Positions 39,386 to 49,347 of a stretch of 64,000 nucleotides of DNA are shown piece by piece. The notes beneath the pieces were generated by a model. The model worked only from the letters and a program-made list of their open reading frames with translations. It was not told the DNA's origin and searched no databases. The stretch spans positions 672,001-736,000 of the forward strand of contig CAVPIB010000004.1 of NCBI GenBank assembly GCA_963704885.1, read 5' to 3'. A program made the translations under genes and the position numbers. The DNA comes from an uncultured Actinomycetes bacterium. GTDB lineage: Bacteria > Actinomycetota > UBA4738 > HRBIN12. Within the stretch, counting starts at the first letter, position 1. Each line of letters begins with the position of its first letter.

Positions 39386-39706
39386 TTACGCGCCCGGAGC
39401 GCGGTACGGCACCGCCTTCGCTGCGCCGGCATCGACGTCTTCGCCGGTCAGCAGGACGGTGGTCTCTATCGAGACTGCGCCGCTCGCCCCCACCGTCATC
39501 GCGACCCCTGCGGCCGTCTGGTTGTCCGGCATATCCGCGATCGCGTACAGGTCGTGTTCGCCGAAAGCCCAGTAGAACGACTCGACGGTGCCGCCGAGAT
39601 CGGCGACGAGCTTCGAGATGTACTCCCGACGGCTCACCGCGCCTTCCTTGATCAGACCCTGCAGGCCTGACTGCGTGTACGACACCTTCCACAGGTACTT
39701 GCTCAT
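39386..39706 (-). CDS. GYD domain protein
   Basis: YTQSGLQGLIKEG..SRR, LGGTVESFYWAFGEHD, ETTVLLT. Confidence 0.88.
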   Translation of the reverse strand: MSKYLWKVSYTQSGLQGLIKEGAVSRREYISKLVADLGGTVESFYWAFGEHDLYAIADMPDNQTAAGVAMTVGASGAVSIETTVLLTGEDVDAGAAKAVPYRAPGA

Positions 39707-39770
39707 CGCGGCCTCCATCCGTTCGGGTCCGACATATTGCGCCTGGATCAGGTGCGGGCGCAAACCGAAC

Positions 39771-40280
39771 TCAGAAGGGCTCGTAGCCCGCCTTCACCAG
39801 GAGCGCCCGGACCTCGCGCTCCTCCATCCCGCGGCCGACCATCTCGTGGTACAGGCGTACCGCGCCGAGCGACCGGCCACACCGCGGGCAGAAGTGGAAG
39901 TGGGGCTCGAACGCCGTCTCACACCACGGACACTGTGCGACCTCGATCTTGCGGTCGGGCTCCAATCCCGTGTCGGCCAGAGCGTCGATGTAGCCCTTGC
40001 CGTAGTCCCACTGGATGTACTCCTCTTCCAAGATCTCGAACGCCGGCTCGTGCATCCGCGGCTCGCCCGTCTGGAGCATGTTCTCCAGGTTGTCCTGCAA
40101 CAGCGCCCATTCGTAGAAGTGGTTCGCGCCGCAGTCCTGGCAGGCGATCACCACGCCCTTCACGCTTTGGGGCGAGAAGAGCCCACGCATGGCGGCAAGG
40201 TCGTGGAGGTCCGCCTCGACGTCCGCGCGCTCGTCGGGAGTGAGCTCGATCGGCTCCTCGGCGTCGGAGTTGTCTTCCAT
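39771..40280 (-). CDS. DUF5319 family protein with extra double zinc ribbon
   Basis: VEADLHDL, GVVIACQDC, HFYEW, HEPAF, WDYGKGY; CPWC..CPRCG. Confidence 0.85.
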   Translation of the reverse strand: MEDNSDAEEPIELTPDERADVEADLHDLAAMRGLFSPQSVKGVVIACQDCGANHFYEWALLQDNLENMLQTGEPRMHEPAFEILEEEYIQWDYGKGYIDALADTGLEPDRKIEVAQCPWCETAFEPHFHFCPRCGRSLGAVRLYHEMVGRGMEEREVRALLVKAGYEPF

Positions 40281-40987
40281 CACGCCTCTTCATCGTCGTC
40301 AACGAAGCGGAACGTCTTGAACGCCTCGGCGAACTCGTGCCCCGCCTCCCGACCGATCTCCTGAGCGCGTTCCCGCACCCGCGCCCCGGTGTCGGGACCC
40401 ACCTGCGAGACGTGCTCCGCCAGCGCCTTCAGCTTGATCTCGATCGTGTCCGTGATGTCCACATGGGTATCGGGCTCGCCCGAGCTCAGCCACAGGTTGC
40501 GCACCTCGAACGGTTCGATCCCCTCGTCCAGAAGCTCGGGGAACATCAGACGTGTGGGCGCGTCGGGCATGACCGCGGACAGCGCAAGCATGCCGGCCGC
40601 CTTATGATCGGAATGGTTCACGTACCCGTTCCCGTGCCACAGGCGCGACGGATCCGGGGCGACGATCACGTCGGGGCGCAGGCGCCGGACCTCCCGCGTC
40701 ACCTTGCGACGCGTCTCGAGCGTGACCTCAAGCATCCCGTCCACCTCGCCCAGGAACGTGATAGAGCGAACCCCCAGCACCTCGGCGGCGGCGCGCTGCT
40801 CCCGTTCGCGGATAGGGCGTAGCTCCTCGCGGGTCACCCCGGGTTCGTTGGATCCGGCAGATCCGTCGGTGACCACCACGTAGTGGATTTCGCAGCCCTC
40901 GAGCGCCCACTTGGCGACGGTTCCGCCGCACATGAACTCGGCATCGTCGGGATGGGCGAACAGGACCAACGCACTCGGAAAGGCCAT
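40280..40987 (-). CDS. PIG-L/LmbE family deacetylase
   Basis: AHPDD, TDGSAG, REREQRAAA, HSDH, KLKALAEHVSQ; TACCCT-N6-ATG. Confidence 0.92.
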   Translation of the reverse strand: MAFPSALVLFAHPDDAEFMCGGTVAKWALEGCEIHYVVVTDGSAGSNEPGVTREELRPIREREQRAAAEVLGVRSITFLGEVDGMLEVTLETRRKVTREVRRLRPDVIVAPDPSRLWHGNGYVNHSDHKAAGMLALSAVMPDAPTRLMFPELLDEGIEPFEVRNLWLSSGEPDTHVDITDTIEIKLKALAEHVSQVGPDTGARVRERAQEIGREAGHEFAEAFKTFRFVDDDEEA

Positions 40988-41020
40988 GTCAGGAGGGTAG
41001 CGCCTCGAGGTGGTAGCAGC

Positions 41021-41376
41021 ACGAACGCAGGCTTCACCCCTTCGAAGGGCGGGCGGATACCTTTGCCTGTGATCGTCGGGGCCGATGTCAGCGACGCCAC
41101 CTTGCGCTTCTGGGTCCAAGACGAAGGGATCGGGATCGCCACCGACGACATCCCCAGGATCTTCGACCGCTTCTACCAAGTGGATCGATCGGCTACGCGA
41201 GCTTACGGTGGTGTTGGACTGGGTCTGCACATCTCGCTCGAACTCGTCGAGTCCATGGATGGAACCATCGAGGTCCGGAGCGAACTGGTGCGGGAAGCAC
41301 ATTCACGGTCTCCGTGCCGCTGCTCGTCTCGGTGACCGACGACCGGGCCGCGGTCACCGGATCCTCGCTCGGCTGA
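41021..41376 (+). pseudogene. Orphan HATPase_c fragment of a sensor histidine kinase
   Basis: TNAGFTP (N box), VQDEGIGI (G1), IFDRFYQ (F), GGVGLGL (G2); frameshift before STFTV; no start codon and no HisKA domain. Confidence 0.8.
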
Positions 41377-41397
41377 TCGCGCTCGGCCCCCCGTCGG

Positions 41398-42804
41398 CTA
41401 GGGCCAGGTACGCGCCGCCAGCGTGGCCTCGATCCCGACCGCCTGTCGCTCGACCTCACTCGCCGAGGGACCCCCCGGCATGGTTCGCGCACGAACCGAA
41501 ACGTCCGGATCGAGCAAGGCCGAGCCGTCGGGAACCCCGTACGCCTTCCACTCTTCGTCGACAAGATCCCGCAGGCCGCGCCCTTCGCGAGCGAGCTCCC
41601 TCAACAGCGCTCCGGTTCGATGATGGGCCTCACGGAAGGGCACGCCGTCTAGGACCAGGGCCTCGGCGAGGTCGGTCGCGAACAGCGACTCGTCCGTCGC
41701 GTCCCGACGCATGACATCCGGATGGAAGCGAACGGTCTCCAGCGCTCCGATCAGCGCGCTGAGGGTTAGCTCCAAGGTGTCCGCGGCATCGAACGCGGGC
41801 TCCTTGTCCTCCTGGAGATCCCGGTGGTACCCAAGGGGCAAGCCCTGGAGCACCGCCGTCAGGGCTGCGAACGATGCGGCCACCCGGGCCGCCTTCGCCC
41901 GGGCCAGCTCTGCGGTATCGGGGTTCCGTTTCTGGGGCATCATGCTCGACCCGGTGCTGTAGGCCTCGTCCAGATCTGCCCAGCCGAGCGAAGGATCTGT
42001 GAAGCGGGTCAGGTCGGCGGCCAACCGGGACAGATGGGTGGCACAGATCGCGGCGTTCGCCAGGAACTCCTGAACGAAGTCGCGATCCGACACAGCATCG
42101 ATCGAGTTGGAGAACGCCCGTCTGAAGCCCAGTCGTGTGGCCGTCATGTCCGGATCGAGACCCAACGTGGACGTCGCGATCGCGCCGGCTCCGAGCGGCG
42201 ATGTAGACGTGCGTTCCGCCCATTCGTCGAGCCTCTCCAGATCTCGGAGCAACGCCCACGCGTGCGCCAGCAGATGGTGTCCGAGCGTCACGACCTGCGC
42301 GGCGCGAGCGTGCGTGGTGCCCGGCATCACGGTCGACGAGTGCTCGCGTCCCCGAGCCACCAGCGAGCGGATCAGCAGGGTGACGAGGCCGTCGGCCCGG
42401 CGACCGGCTGCCAGCAACCACAGGCGCAGGTCGGTCACGACAAGATCGTTGCGACTACGCCCCGCGTGGAGCCTGGCACCCAGATCCCCGAGCCGGTCGG
42501 TCACGCCTCGCTCCACAGCCGAATGCACGTCCTCGTCCGCGGGGTCGAACTCGAATCCGCCCTCCGACATCAGGTGACCGACCGACGCCAGTGCCTCCTC
42601 GAGCTCGGCGGCCTCGTCCGCCTGGAGCAGGCCCGCATCCTGAAGCGCCCGGACATGCGCGATCGACGCATCCACGTCGAAGGTGGCCAAGCGGACGTCG
42701 AACCTGAGGCTCCGGCCGAGCGCAAGCGCCTCGGGCGCCGGGGTGGACTCGAAGCGGCCGGACCACAGCGGCGAGCTGGTCCCGGTGTCGGAACGATCGG
42801 TCAT
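41398..42804 (-). CDS. argH: Argininosuccinate lyase
   Basis: LWSGRF, EDVH, GRSRND, TGSSMMPQKRNPD, YHRDLQEDKE. Confidence 0.97.
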   Translation of the reverse strand: MTDRSDTGTSSPLWSGRFESTPAPEALALGRSLRFDVRLATFDVDASIAHVRALQDAGLLQADEAAELEEALASVGHLMSEGGFEFDPADEDVHSAVERGVTDRLGDLGARLHAGRSRNDLVVTDLRLWLLAAGRRADGLVTLLIRSLVARGREHSSTVMPGTTHARAAQVVTLGHHLLAHAWALLRDLERLDEWAERTSTSPLGAGAIATSTLGLDPDMTATRLGFRRAFSNSIDAVSDRDFVQEFLANAAICATHLSRLAADLTRFTDPSLGWADLDEAYSTGSSMMPQKRNPDTAELARAKAARVAASFAALTAVLQGLPLGYHRDLQEDKEPAFDAADTLELTLSALIGALETVRFHPDVMRRDATDESLFATDLAEALVLDGVPFREAHHRTGALLRELAREGRGLRDLVDEEWKAYGVPDGSALLDPDVSVRARTMPGGPSASEVERQAVGIEATLAARTWP

Positions 42805-43988
42805 GCGCCGCCCTGCTTCGCCGACCACACCTTGAGCGGCAGCCCGTACAACCGAACGTATCCCTCGGCGTGGGACTGATCGAACGCGTCGCCACCACCG
42901 TAGGTCGCCAGCGAAAGATCGTAGAGGGAATGCGGCGAGCGGCGACCTACCACCGTGCACGATCCGGCTTCGAAGCGCAGCCGCACGTCACCGGTCACGT
43001 GGGTCTGAGTCCGGTCGACGAACGCGTCCAGCGCCGCTCGCAACGGCGAGAACCATTGGCCGTCGTAGACCAGCTCGGTCCAGCGCTGCTCGATCTTCGG
43101 CTTCTCGTGAGCCACCTCGCGCTCTAGCGTGAGGTCCTCCAACGCCCGGTGCGCCGTGATGATCGCGAGCGCGCCCGGGACCTCGTAGAGCTCGCGCGAC
43201 TTGATGCCCACCCGGCGGTTCTCGATCATGTCGACCCGCCCGAACCCGTAGGATCCGCCGAGCGCGTCCAGCCCGCGGATGACGGCGGGGAGAGGGGTGG
43301 CCTCGCCCTCGAGCGCCACGGGCAGGCCGCGCTCGAAGGTGAGCACGATCTCGGTCGGTTCGCTCGGTCGTTCTCCTGGCGGCGCGGTCCGCGCGAACGC
43401 GTCCTCGGGCGGGGCCACCCACGGGTCCTCCAGCGGTCCGCACTCGACTGTTCGTCCCCACAGATTCTCGTCGATCGAGTACGAACCCACGATCGACGCC
43501 AAAGGGATGCCCCACTCGTCTGCCAAGACCATCGCCTTCTCGCGCGGGATGTTCGCGTCGCGGATCGGCGCCAGCACCTCCAGATCGGGGGCCAGCACGC
43601 CGAACGACACCTCGAAGCGCACCTGGTCGTTCCCCTTGCCGGTGCAGCCGTGCGCCACCACGTCCGCACCGACCTCGCGGGCCACGCCCACGACCTCCTC
43701 CGCGATCAGCGGGCGCGCCAACCCAGACACCATGGGGTACTTTCCCTCGTAGAGGCCGTTCGCCTGGATCGCATGGGTCAGGTACTCGGCGGCGAACCGC
43801 TCCACCGCGTCAACCACTCGCACGTCGGTCGCTCCGGCCAGCCGTCCGCGCTCCACCACCGCGTCGAACTCTTCCTGTTGCCCAACGTCGACTGCCACCG
43901 CGTGCACGTCGTAGCCCTGTTCCACCAGCCACCTGATCGTGACCGACGTGTCCAACCCGCCGCTGTACGCGAGAACCGCCCGTTTCAT
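42801..43988 (-). CDS. argG: Argininosuccinate synthase
   Basis: LAYSGGLDTS, HGCTGKGNDQVRFE, YSIDENLWG, GIKSRELYE. Confidence 0.97.
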   Translation of the reverse strand: MKRAVLAYSGGLDTSVTIRWLVEQGYDVHAVAVDVGQQEEFDAVVERGRLAGATDVRVVDAVERFAAEYLTHAIQANGLYEGKYPMVSGLARPLIAEEVVGVAREVGADVVAHGCTGKGNDQVRFEVSFGVLAPDLEVLAPIRDANIPREKAMVLADEWGIPLASIVGSYSIDENLWGRTVECGPLEDPWVAPPEDAFARTAPPGERPSEPTEIVLTFERGLPVALEGEATPLPAVIRGLDALGGSYGFGRVDMIENRRVGIKSRELYEVPGALAIITAHRALEDLTLEREVAHEKPKIEQRWTELVYDGQWFSPLRAALDAFVDRTQTHVTGDVRLRFEAGSCTVVGRRSPHSLYDLSLATYGGGDAFDQSHAEGYVRLYGLPLKVWSAKQGGA

Positions 43989-44464
43989 CCGTCAGCCTCC
44001 ATGATCGTCGTTAGCGACCTTTCGAGCGTCGTCGCGGCGATGCCCTCCCGGCCGAGGATGAGGATGGTGTTGTCACCGGCGATCGTGCCTGCCACCTCTG
44101 CAAGCCCCATGCGATCGATGCCCTCGGCGAGGGCGGCGGCAGCACCGGGCGGGGTCCGAATGACCAGCCCGTGGTCGCTACGCGTGAACGACAGCGCGAA
44201 CTCGTCGAGCAGATGCTTGAGGAGCCCCGAGGGAGCGGCGGCGCGCGATTCGCCGGGCACCACGTAGCGCAGACCGTCGTGGTCGTGTACCCGCGCAAGA
44301 CCCAGCTCCTCCACGTCACGCGAGATCGTGGACTGCGTGGCGTCCATACCGAGCGCCTCCAGCCGCCTGCGGATCTCCTCCTGCGAGGACAGGCGTTCCC
44401 GTCCGACCAGCGACAGGATCGTCTGCTGGCGCTTGGACTTGAGAGCGCCGTTGCCGCGGCTCAC
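43985..44464 (-). CDS. argR: Arginine repressor
   Basis: RQQTIL, SQEEI, TQSTISRDV, GTIAGDNTI. Confidence 0.93.
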   Translation of the reverse strand: MSRGNGALKSKRQQTILSLVGRERLSSQEEIRRRLEALGMDATQSTISRDVEELGLARVHDHDGLRYVVPGESRAAAPSGLLKHLLDEFALSFTRSDHGLVIRTPPGAAAALAEGIDRMGLAEVAGTIAGDNTILILGREGIAATTLERSLTTIMEADG

Positions 44465-45357
44465 GGATCGAGCCCCGCGTCGGGCGTGATCATGGTGCCC
44501 ACGCCCTCCGGCGTGAACAGCTCGAGCACCAGGGAATGCTCGACGCGTCCGTCGACGAGATGTATCCGGGCCACCCCGGCCTTGATCGCATCGACGGCGC
44601 TCTCGAGCTTGGGGATCATCCCGCCTTCGACCACGCCGTCCCTGCCGAGCAGATCGAGGCATTGCTCGGCCGATAGCTCCGACAGCAGGTCGCCGGTGGG
44701 CCCGATCAGGCCAGGAACGTCGTTCAGGAACACCAGCTTCTCGGCGCCGAGCGCGATCGCGAGCTCGGCCGCCACCACGTCGGCGTTCACGTTGTACGCC
44801 TGGCCGAACTCGTCAACGGCGATCGAGGCCACGACGGGCACGAAACGCTCCGCCATGAGCGTGCGGACCACGTCTGCGTTCACGTGGACAACCTCGCCGA
44901 CGAACCCCAGATCGGGAGCGGTCTGTTTGCGAGCTAGCAATAGACCACCGTCGACCCCCGACAACCCGACCGCGGGCACGCCCCCGGTCACGAGGGACGC
45001 GACCACATCGGTGTTCAGCTTGCCGGCCAACACCATGGTGGCCACATCGAGCGTCTCCGCGTCGGTCACGCGAACGCCATCGACGAAGGTGGTCTCTATG
45101 CCCAGACGTGCGGAGAACTTCGTCACCTGCGGCCCGCCGCCGTGCACGATCACAGGCAGGATCCCCGCGCTCTGCAACAGCGCCACGTCTTGCGCGAAGG
45201 ACGCGATCAGTGGCGTCTGCTCCATCGCGGCGCCGCCGTACTTCACCACGATGACTTTGCCGTGATGCTCCCGCATGAACGGCAGCGCCTCGAGCAGCGT
45301 ACGGGCCTTGGCAACGGTGCGTTGGCGCGTCTGCGGCGGAAGCTCGGTTTGGCTCAA
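44461..45357 (-). CDS. argB: Acetylglutamate kinase
   Basis: VVKYGGAAM, VHGGGPQ, GVRVTD, YNVNAD, GGMIPK. Confidence 0.96.
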   Translation of the reverse strand: MSQTELPPQTRQRTVAKARTLLEALPFMREHHGKVIVVKYGGAAMEQTPLIASFAQDVALLQSAGILPVIVHGGGPQVTKFSARLGIETTFVDGVRVTDAETLDVATMVLAGKLNTDVVASLVTGGVPAVGLSGVDGGLLLARKQTAPDLGFVGEVVHVNADVVRTLMAERFVPVVASIAVDEFGQAYNVNADVVAAELAIALGAEKLVFLNDVPGLIGPTGDLLSELSAEQCLDLLGRDGVVEGGMIPKLESAVDAIKAGVARIHLVDGRVEHSLVLELFTPEGVGTMITPDAGLDP

Positions 45358-46547
45358 GTCGTGTACTCCCCGTTGATCCGCACGTACTCATAGGAGAGAT
45401 CGCACCCGAGCACCCGGCTACGGCCGGGGCCTTCCCCCACCGACACGTGGATCCGGATCTCGGGTTCCTTCATGGCGACACGCGCCGCCGAGGCGAGCGG
45501 ATCCTCTCCGAAATAGGCGGGTGGGATGACGCCGTTGGCCACCAGCCGATGTTCGCCTATCGCGATGTCGATCCGCGTGGGGTCGACGTCGACACCCGAA
45601 GAACCCACCGCTTGCAGGATGCGACCGGGGTTGGGATCGCCGCCGAACGCGGCGGTCTTGACCAGGGGTGAATCCGCGACCGCCTTGGCGATCACACGGG
45701 CATCCTGTTCCGTGCGCGCGCCTTCCACATCGATCAGCAGGACGTGGTTCACGCCCTCGGCGTCGGCCGCCAGCTGACGGAGCAGCGACTCCCCCACTTC
45801 GCCGATCGCACCGGCGAGCGCGTCCCAGTTGGCCGATGTCTGCGTGAGCGGCCCGTCGGCCCCCGCGCCGCTCGCGAAGACGAGCACGGTGTCGTTGGTG
45901 CTGGTACATGCATCGACCGTGAGCGCGTTGAAGCGAGGCTTGAGCTGTTCGTCCGCAAGGAGCTGAAGATCTCGTCTTCCGACCGCCGCGTCCGTCGTGA
46001 CGAATACGAGCATCGTGGCCAGGTTCGGCGCGATCATGCCGACGCCCTTGGCGCAGCCGCCCACCCGGAACGCTCCGGCATCCGCCGTGGCCTGCTTCTC
46101 CACGGTGTCGGTGGTCATGATCGCCCGCGCGAAGTCCGCACCGCCCTCGCTCGAGAGCGTCCCCGCGAGCGTGGGGATAGCGGGGAGCATGACGTCCAGG
46201 TGCAGCGGCTCGCCTATCACGCCGGTCGAACACGCCAGCATGTCTGCGGGATCCACCCCGAGCGCGGTCGCGGCGGCAGCCGCGACCGCGCGGGCGTCGG
46301 CATCGCCTCGTTCGCCGGTCGCCGCGTTCGCCTGTCCGCTGTTTACCACGACCGCGCGTCCGCGATCGGCGGACAACACCTCGCGGCAGTACCGCACCGG
46401 CGCCGCCGCGACCCTGTTCGTCGTGAACAACCCGGCGACCGTGGTTCCGGGATCGCCGATCAGGAGTCCCAGGTCGGGGCGTCCCGAGGGTTTGAGACCG
46501 GCGCTCATGCCGGCAGCGCGGAACCCGCGTGGATAGGTGACGCTCAC
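45354..46547 (-). CDS. argJ: Ornithine acetyltransferase
   Basis: NSGQANAATG, STGVIG, IMTTDT, KGVGMIAPNLATML, TSTNDT, YVRINGEYTT. Confidence 0.96.
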   Translation of the reverse strand: MSVTYPRGFRAAGMSAGLKPSGRPDLGLLIGDPGTTVAGLFTTNRVAAAPVRYCREVLSADRGRAVVVNSGQANAATGERGDADARAVAAAAATALGVDPADMLACSTGVIGEPLHLDVMLPAIPTLAGTLSSEGGADFARAIMTTDTVEKQATADAGAFRVGGCAKGVGMIAPNLATMLVFVTTDAAVGRRDLQLLADEQLKPRFNALTVDACTSTNDTVLVFASGAGADGPLTQTSANWDALAGAIGEVGESLLRQLAADAEGVNHVLLIDVEGARTEQDARVIAKAVADSPLVKTAAFGGDPNPGRILQAVGSSGVDVDPTRIDIAIGEHRLVANGVIPPAYFGEDPLASAARVAMKEPEIRIHVSVGEGPGRSRVLGCDLSYEYVRINGEYTT

Positions 46548-47604
46548 GGGTAGACCGCCACGGTCGGCAAAGCCGTTGACTCATCCAGGCCGAGCACCAG
46601 ATTCATGTTCTGGATCGCCTGCCCGGCCGCGCCCTTGATCAGGTTGTCCAGCGCCCCCACCACGACCGCCGACCCGCTTCGCGGGTCGGCTACCGCCTGC
46701 AGTTCGACCACGTTGGTGCCCCGGGTTCGCTTGGAGTCGACCATCTCACCCGGAGGCAGCACGCGAACGAACGAACGCCCGGCGTAGGCCCCGGCCAAGC
46801 ATGCCGTGAGCGCATCCGTGGTCACCCCGGCCGCGAGCGGCGCGTAGCAAGTGGTCACCACGCCGCGGACCGCCGGAACCAGATGGGGAACGAACAACAC
46901 CGGCGGGGTGAATCCCGTGGCCAGCTCAAGCCCTCGTTCCATCTCGGGTGTGTGCTGGTGGCGCGGCACCCTGTAGGGACGCACACTCTCCTCGCTCGGC
47001 GGTGTACAGGGTCGCGTCGCTCATCGACCGGCCCGCTCCGGACAGGCCGGTCTTTCCGTCGACGTGGATAGTGCCGGGCTCCACCAGACCGGCCGACAGG
47101 AGCGGCGCCAGTCCCAGGATGACGGGGGTCGGGAAACAGCCGGGGTTCGCCACCAGCTGCGCACCGGGAAGCTGTTCGGCGAAGAGCTCGGGAAGGCCGT
47201 AGATGGACTTGCCGAGCCAATCGAGTGCCTGATGCTCGAACCCGTACCAGTCCGGATAGGCCGAGGCCGGCAGACGGAAGTCCCCCGCCAGATCGATCAC
47301 GCGCAGGCCGGCTTCCAGCAGCGCCGGTGCAAGCTCCGAGCTCACGCCGTGCGGAAGGGAGCAGAAGGCGATGTCCGCCGCCTGGATCACGTCGGCCGCC
47401 TCGAGCCCTCCGATGATGGCGCTCCCGACCGGCAGCGAACCGAGGTGCGGATGCGCCTCGGCGAGCGACGACACCGGCCGCGGTGTGCGCCCCTAGGTAG
47501 GAGACACGGGCCGCGGGGTGTTCCGCCAGCAACCTGATCAGCTCACCGCCGGCGAACCCGGAGGCGCCGAGCACCGCTACCCGTAGCTGGGTGGACTCCG
47601 ACAT
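46544..47604 (-). CDS. argC: N-acetyl-gamma-glutamyl-phosphate reductase, two frameshifts (~47470 and ~47000)
   Basis: GASGFAGGELIRLL, IDLAGDFRL, VANPGCF, GLSGAGR, HQHTPE, DNLIKGAAGQAIQN in three frames. Confidence 0.9.
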
Positions 47605-47640
47605 GACGGATAGTTATGCACAAACTGCATAGAACCGTCA
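47604..47640. promoter_or_regulatory. ArgR operator (ARG box-like imperfect palindrome)
   Basis: TGACGGTTCTATGCA-GTTTG-TGCATAACTATCCGTCA on the minus strand abutting the argC ATG; resembles the actinobacterial TGCATA-n-ATGCA box. Confidence 0.7.
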
Positions 47641-48741
47641 ACCAGCCGTTCGTATCACCCTGAACGGACCGTCCGGGAGGTCCTCCACCCCTTCGACCGG
47701 TCCGTCCTCCAGAAGGGCGCTGTCCCTGCCGCTCACGCCCCCGGGCCGGGCGCGGGCGATCGACCCGCGGGCCTTGCCCAGGTTGGAACGGAGCTCGTCG
47801 GCGCCGTTCGTGAGCATGGTCGCGGCGCGCGCCAGCTTGTTCTCGACGACGGCCCCCATCGCCTCGAGCGCCGACGAGACCTCCGCCAGGCTGGCCTGCA
47901 CATCGGCCGCATCGCCGAACCGCTGAACCAGGCTGTACAGGAACAGGACGATCGGGAGCGCCGACGTGTAGGGCACGATCACGACCCCTTTGGACCAGGC
48001 GTCCGCATGGGCACGCTTGAGCACGGCATAGGCCGCATCGGGAACCGCCGCGACCGCTACAGGGGAGGTCACCGCCGGGTCGAGGTACAGCGCGACCTCC
48101 TTCGCCCGGGCGGCGACGGCGCGCTCCACATCACGGGCGCAGGCGGCGCGAGCGACGGGGTCCTCCGCGGCCTCCAGCGACTCGAGCTCGGCGAGGGCGG
48201 TCCACTTGGAGTCGATAGGCATCCTCCGACCGTCCGGCAGCAGCAACGCGAACTCCACCACCTTGCCACCCACACGCAGATCGTTGACCAACATGCCCGG
48301 CGGCAGCTGTGCCAGGTGTTCGCGCAGCACGTTCTCGCCCGCGCGACCCTTCGATGCGCCGCCCGCCAGGACGGTGGAGAGCCGCTTGATCACCTCACGC
48401 CCCTCCACGTCGGCTTGACGGCGCTCCTGTTCGCGAGTGCTCAACTCCTGGAGCACCCGGCGGGCACCGTCGAGTCCGGCGCGCAGCTGCTCTCCCGCAA
48501 CGTCGCGTGAGGCCGTGGCGTCGGCGAGGCGTCTGAGCTCGGCCGACTGGGCCTCCAGCCGAGCCTGCACGATCCCGAGCGAGCCGTCGCCGTCGCTCAC
48601 CACGCGCGAACGGCGCGAGGCCACGAGGGCTCCGCCCACGGCCACGCCCACAGCGAGCGCCGCGAGTCCCATCCACAGCTGATCCATGCGAGCACCTCCG
48701 TCGAAGGGGAACCGCTCCACCGTACGGACGGGCTCTGACAT
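47638..48741 (-). CDS. rmuC: RmuC family protein
   Basis: N-terminal TM, coiled coil, KGRAGENVL, VEFALLLPDGRRMPIDSKW. Confidence 0.85.
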   Translation of the reverse strand: MSEPVRTVERFPFDGGARMDQLWMGLAALAVGVAVGGALVASRRSRVVSDGDGSLGIVQARLEAQSAELRRLADATASRDVAGEQLRAGLDGARRVLQELSTREQERRQADVEGREVIKRLSTVLAGGASKGRAGENVLREHLAQLPPGMLVNDLRVGGKVVEFALLLPDGRRMPIDSKWTALAELESLEAAEDPVARAACARDVERAVAARAKEVALYLDPAVTSPVAVAAVPDAAYAVLKRAHADAWSKGVVIVPYTSALPIVLFLYSLVQRFGDAADVQASLAEVSSALEAMGAVVENKLARAATMLTNGADELRSNLGKARGSIARARPGGVSGRDSALLEDGPVEGVEDLPDGPFRVIRTAG

Positions 48742-48770
48742 GCGGAGGAACCCCGTGTCACGATCCTTGG

Positions 48771-49340
48771 GTGGACGAGCTGATCAGAGACGGCGATCTG
48801 GCGATACGCCGGATGCGCGACGATCCGACCGACTTCGAGCTGTTAGCGCGGTGGCGGGCCGAGCCGCACGTGGCCGAATGGTGGGATACGGACGACGCCG
48901 GAGAGGAGGCACTGACGGAGCGATACCGCCCCCGGACGGAGGTCTCCTCGCCCACCGTCGCCGGCATCATCACCCTCGAGGATCGCCCGGTCGGCTACCT
49001 GCAGTTCTATCCGTGGGACGACCACCCAGACGAGATGACCGCGATGGGCTTCGCCGCCGATGAAGACATGTTCGGGCTGGACATCCTCATCGGCGAACCC
49101 GACCTGATCGATCGAGGCGTCGGGTCCGCGGCAGTCGCGCTGCTGTGTCGCTACCTGTTCGATGAGCGCGGGGCCTCCGCTGTTGCGCTCACGACCGCCG
49201 AGGCCAACATCCGCGCGCAACGCGCATACGAGAAGGCCGGCATGCGCAAGGTCGCCCGCGTCTTGGATACCGACACCGTGAACGGAGAGCGCGTCCCCTC
49301 CTGGCTGATGGTGATCGATCGTCCCGGCCTGCCATCATGA
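48771..49340 (+). CDS. GNAT acetyltransferase, AAC(6')/siderophore acyltransferase-like
   Basis: W..EPHVAEWW, PVGYLQFY, GLDILIGEPD..RGVG, NIRAQRAYEKAG; CACGAT-N6-GTG. Confidence 0.85.
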   Translation: MDELIRDGDLAIRRMRDDPTDFELLARWRAEPHVAEWWDTDDAGEEALTERYRPRTEVSSPTVAGIITLEDRPVGYLQFYPWDDHPDEMTAMGFAADEDMFGLDILIGEPDLIDRGVGSAAVALLCRYLFDERGASAVALTTAEANIRAQRAYEKAGMRKVARVLDTDTVNGERVPSWLMVIDRPGLPS

Positions 49341-49347
49341 GGCGGTC

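Noticed and set aside
39727-39770. TTGCGCC..GGCGCAA inverted repeat upstream of the GYD gene
   Set aside because: Short GC-rich arms overlapping probable promoter elements and no cognate regulator nearby; cannot be distinguished from chance or a terminator.
46544-47604. argC, ABC ATPase, M1 peptidase, aminotransferase and amidohydrolase as true pseudogenes
   Set aside because: They carry only isolated 1-nt indels in otherwise intact, well-conserved genes within intact operons; most likely long-read errors.
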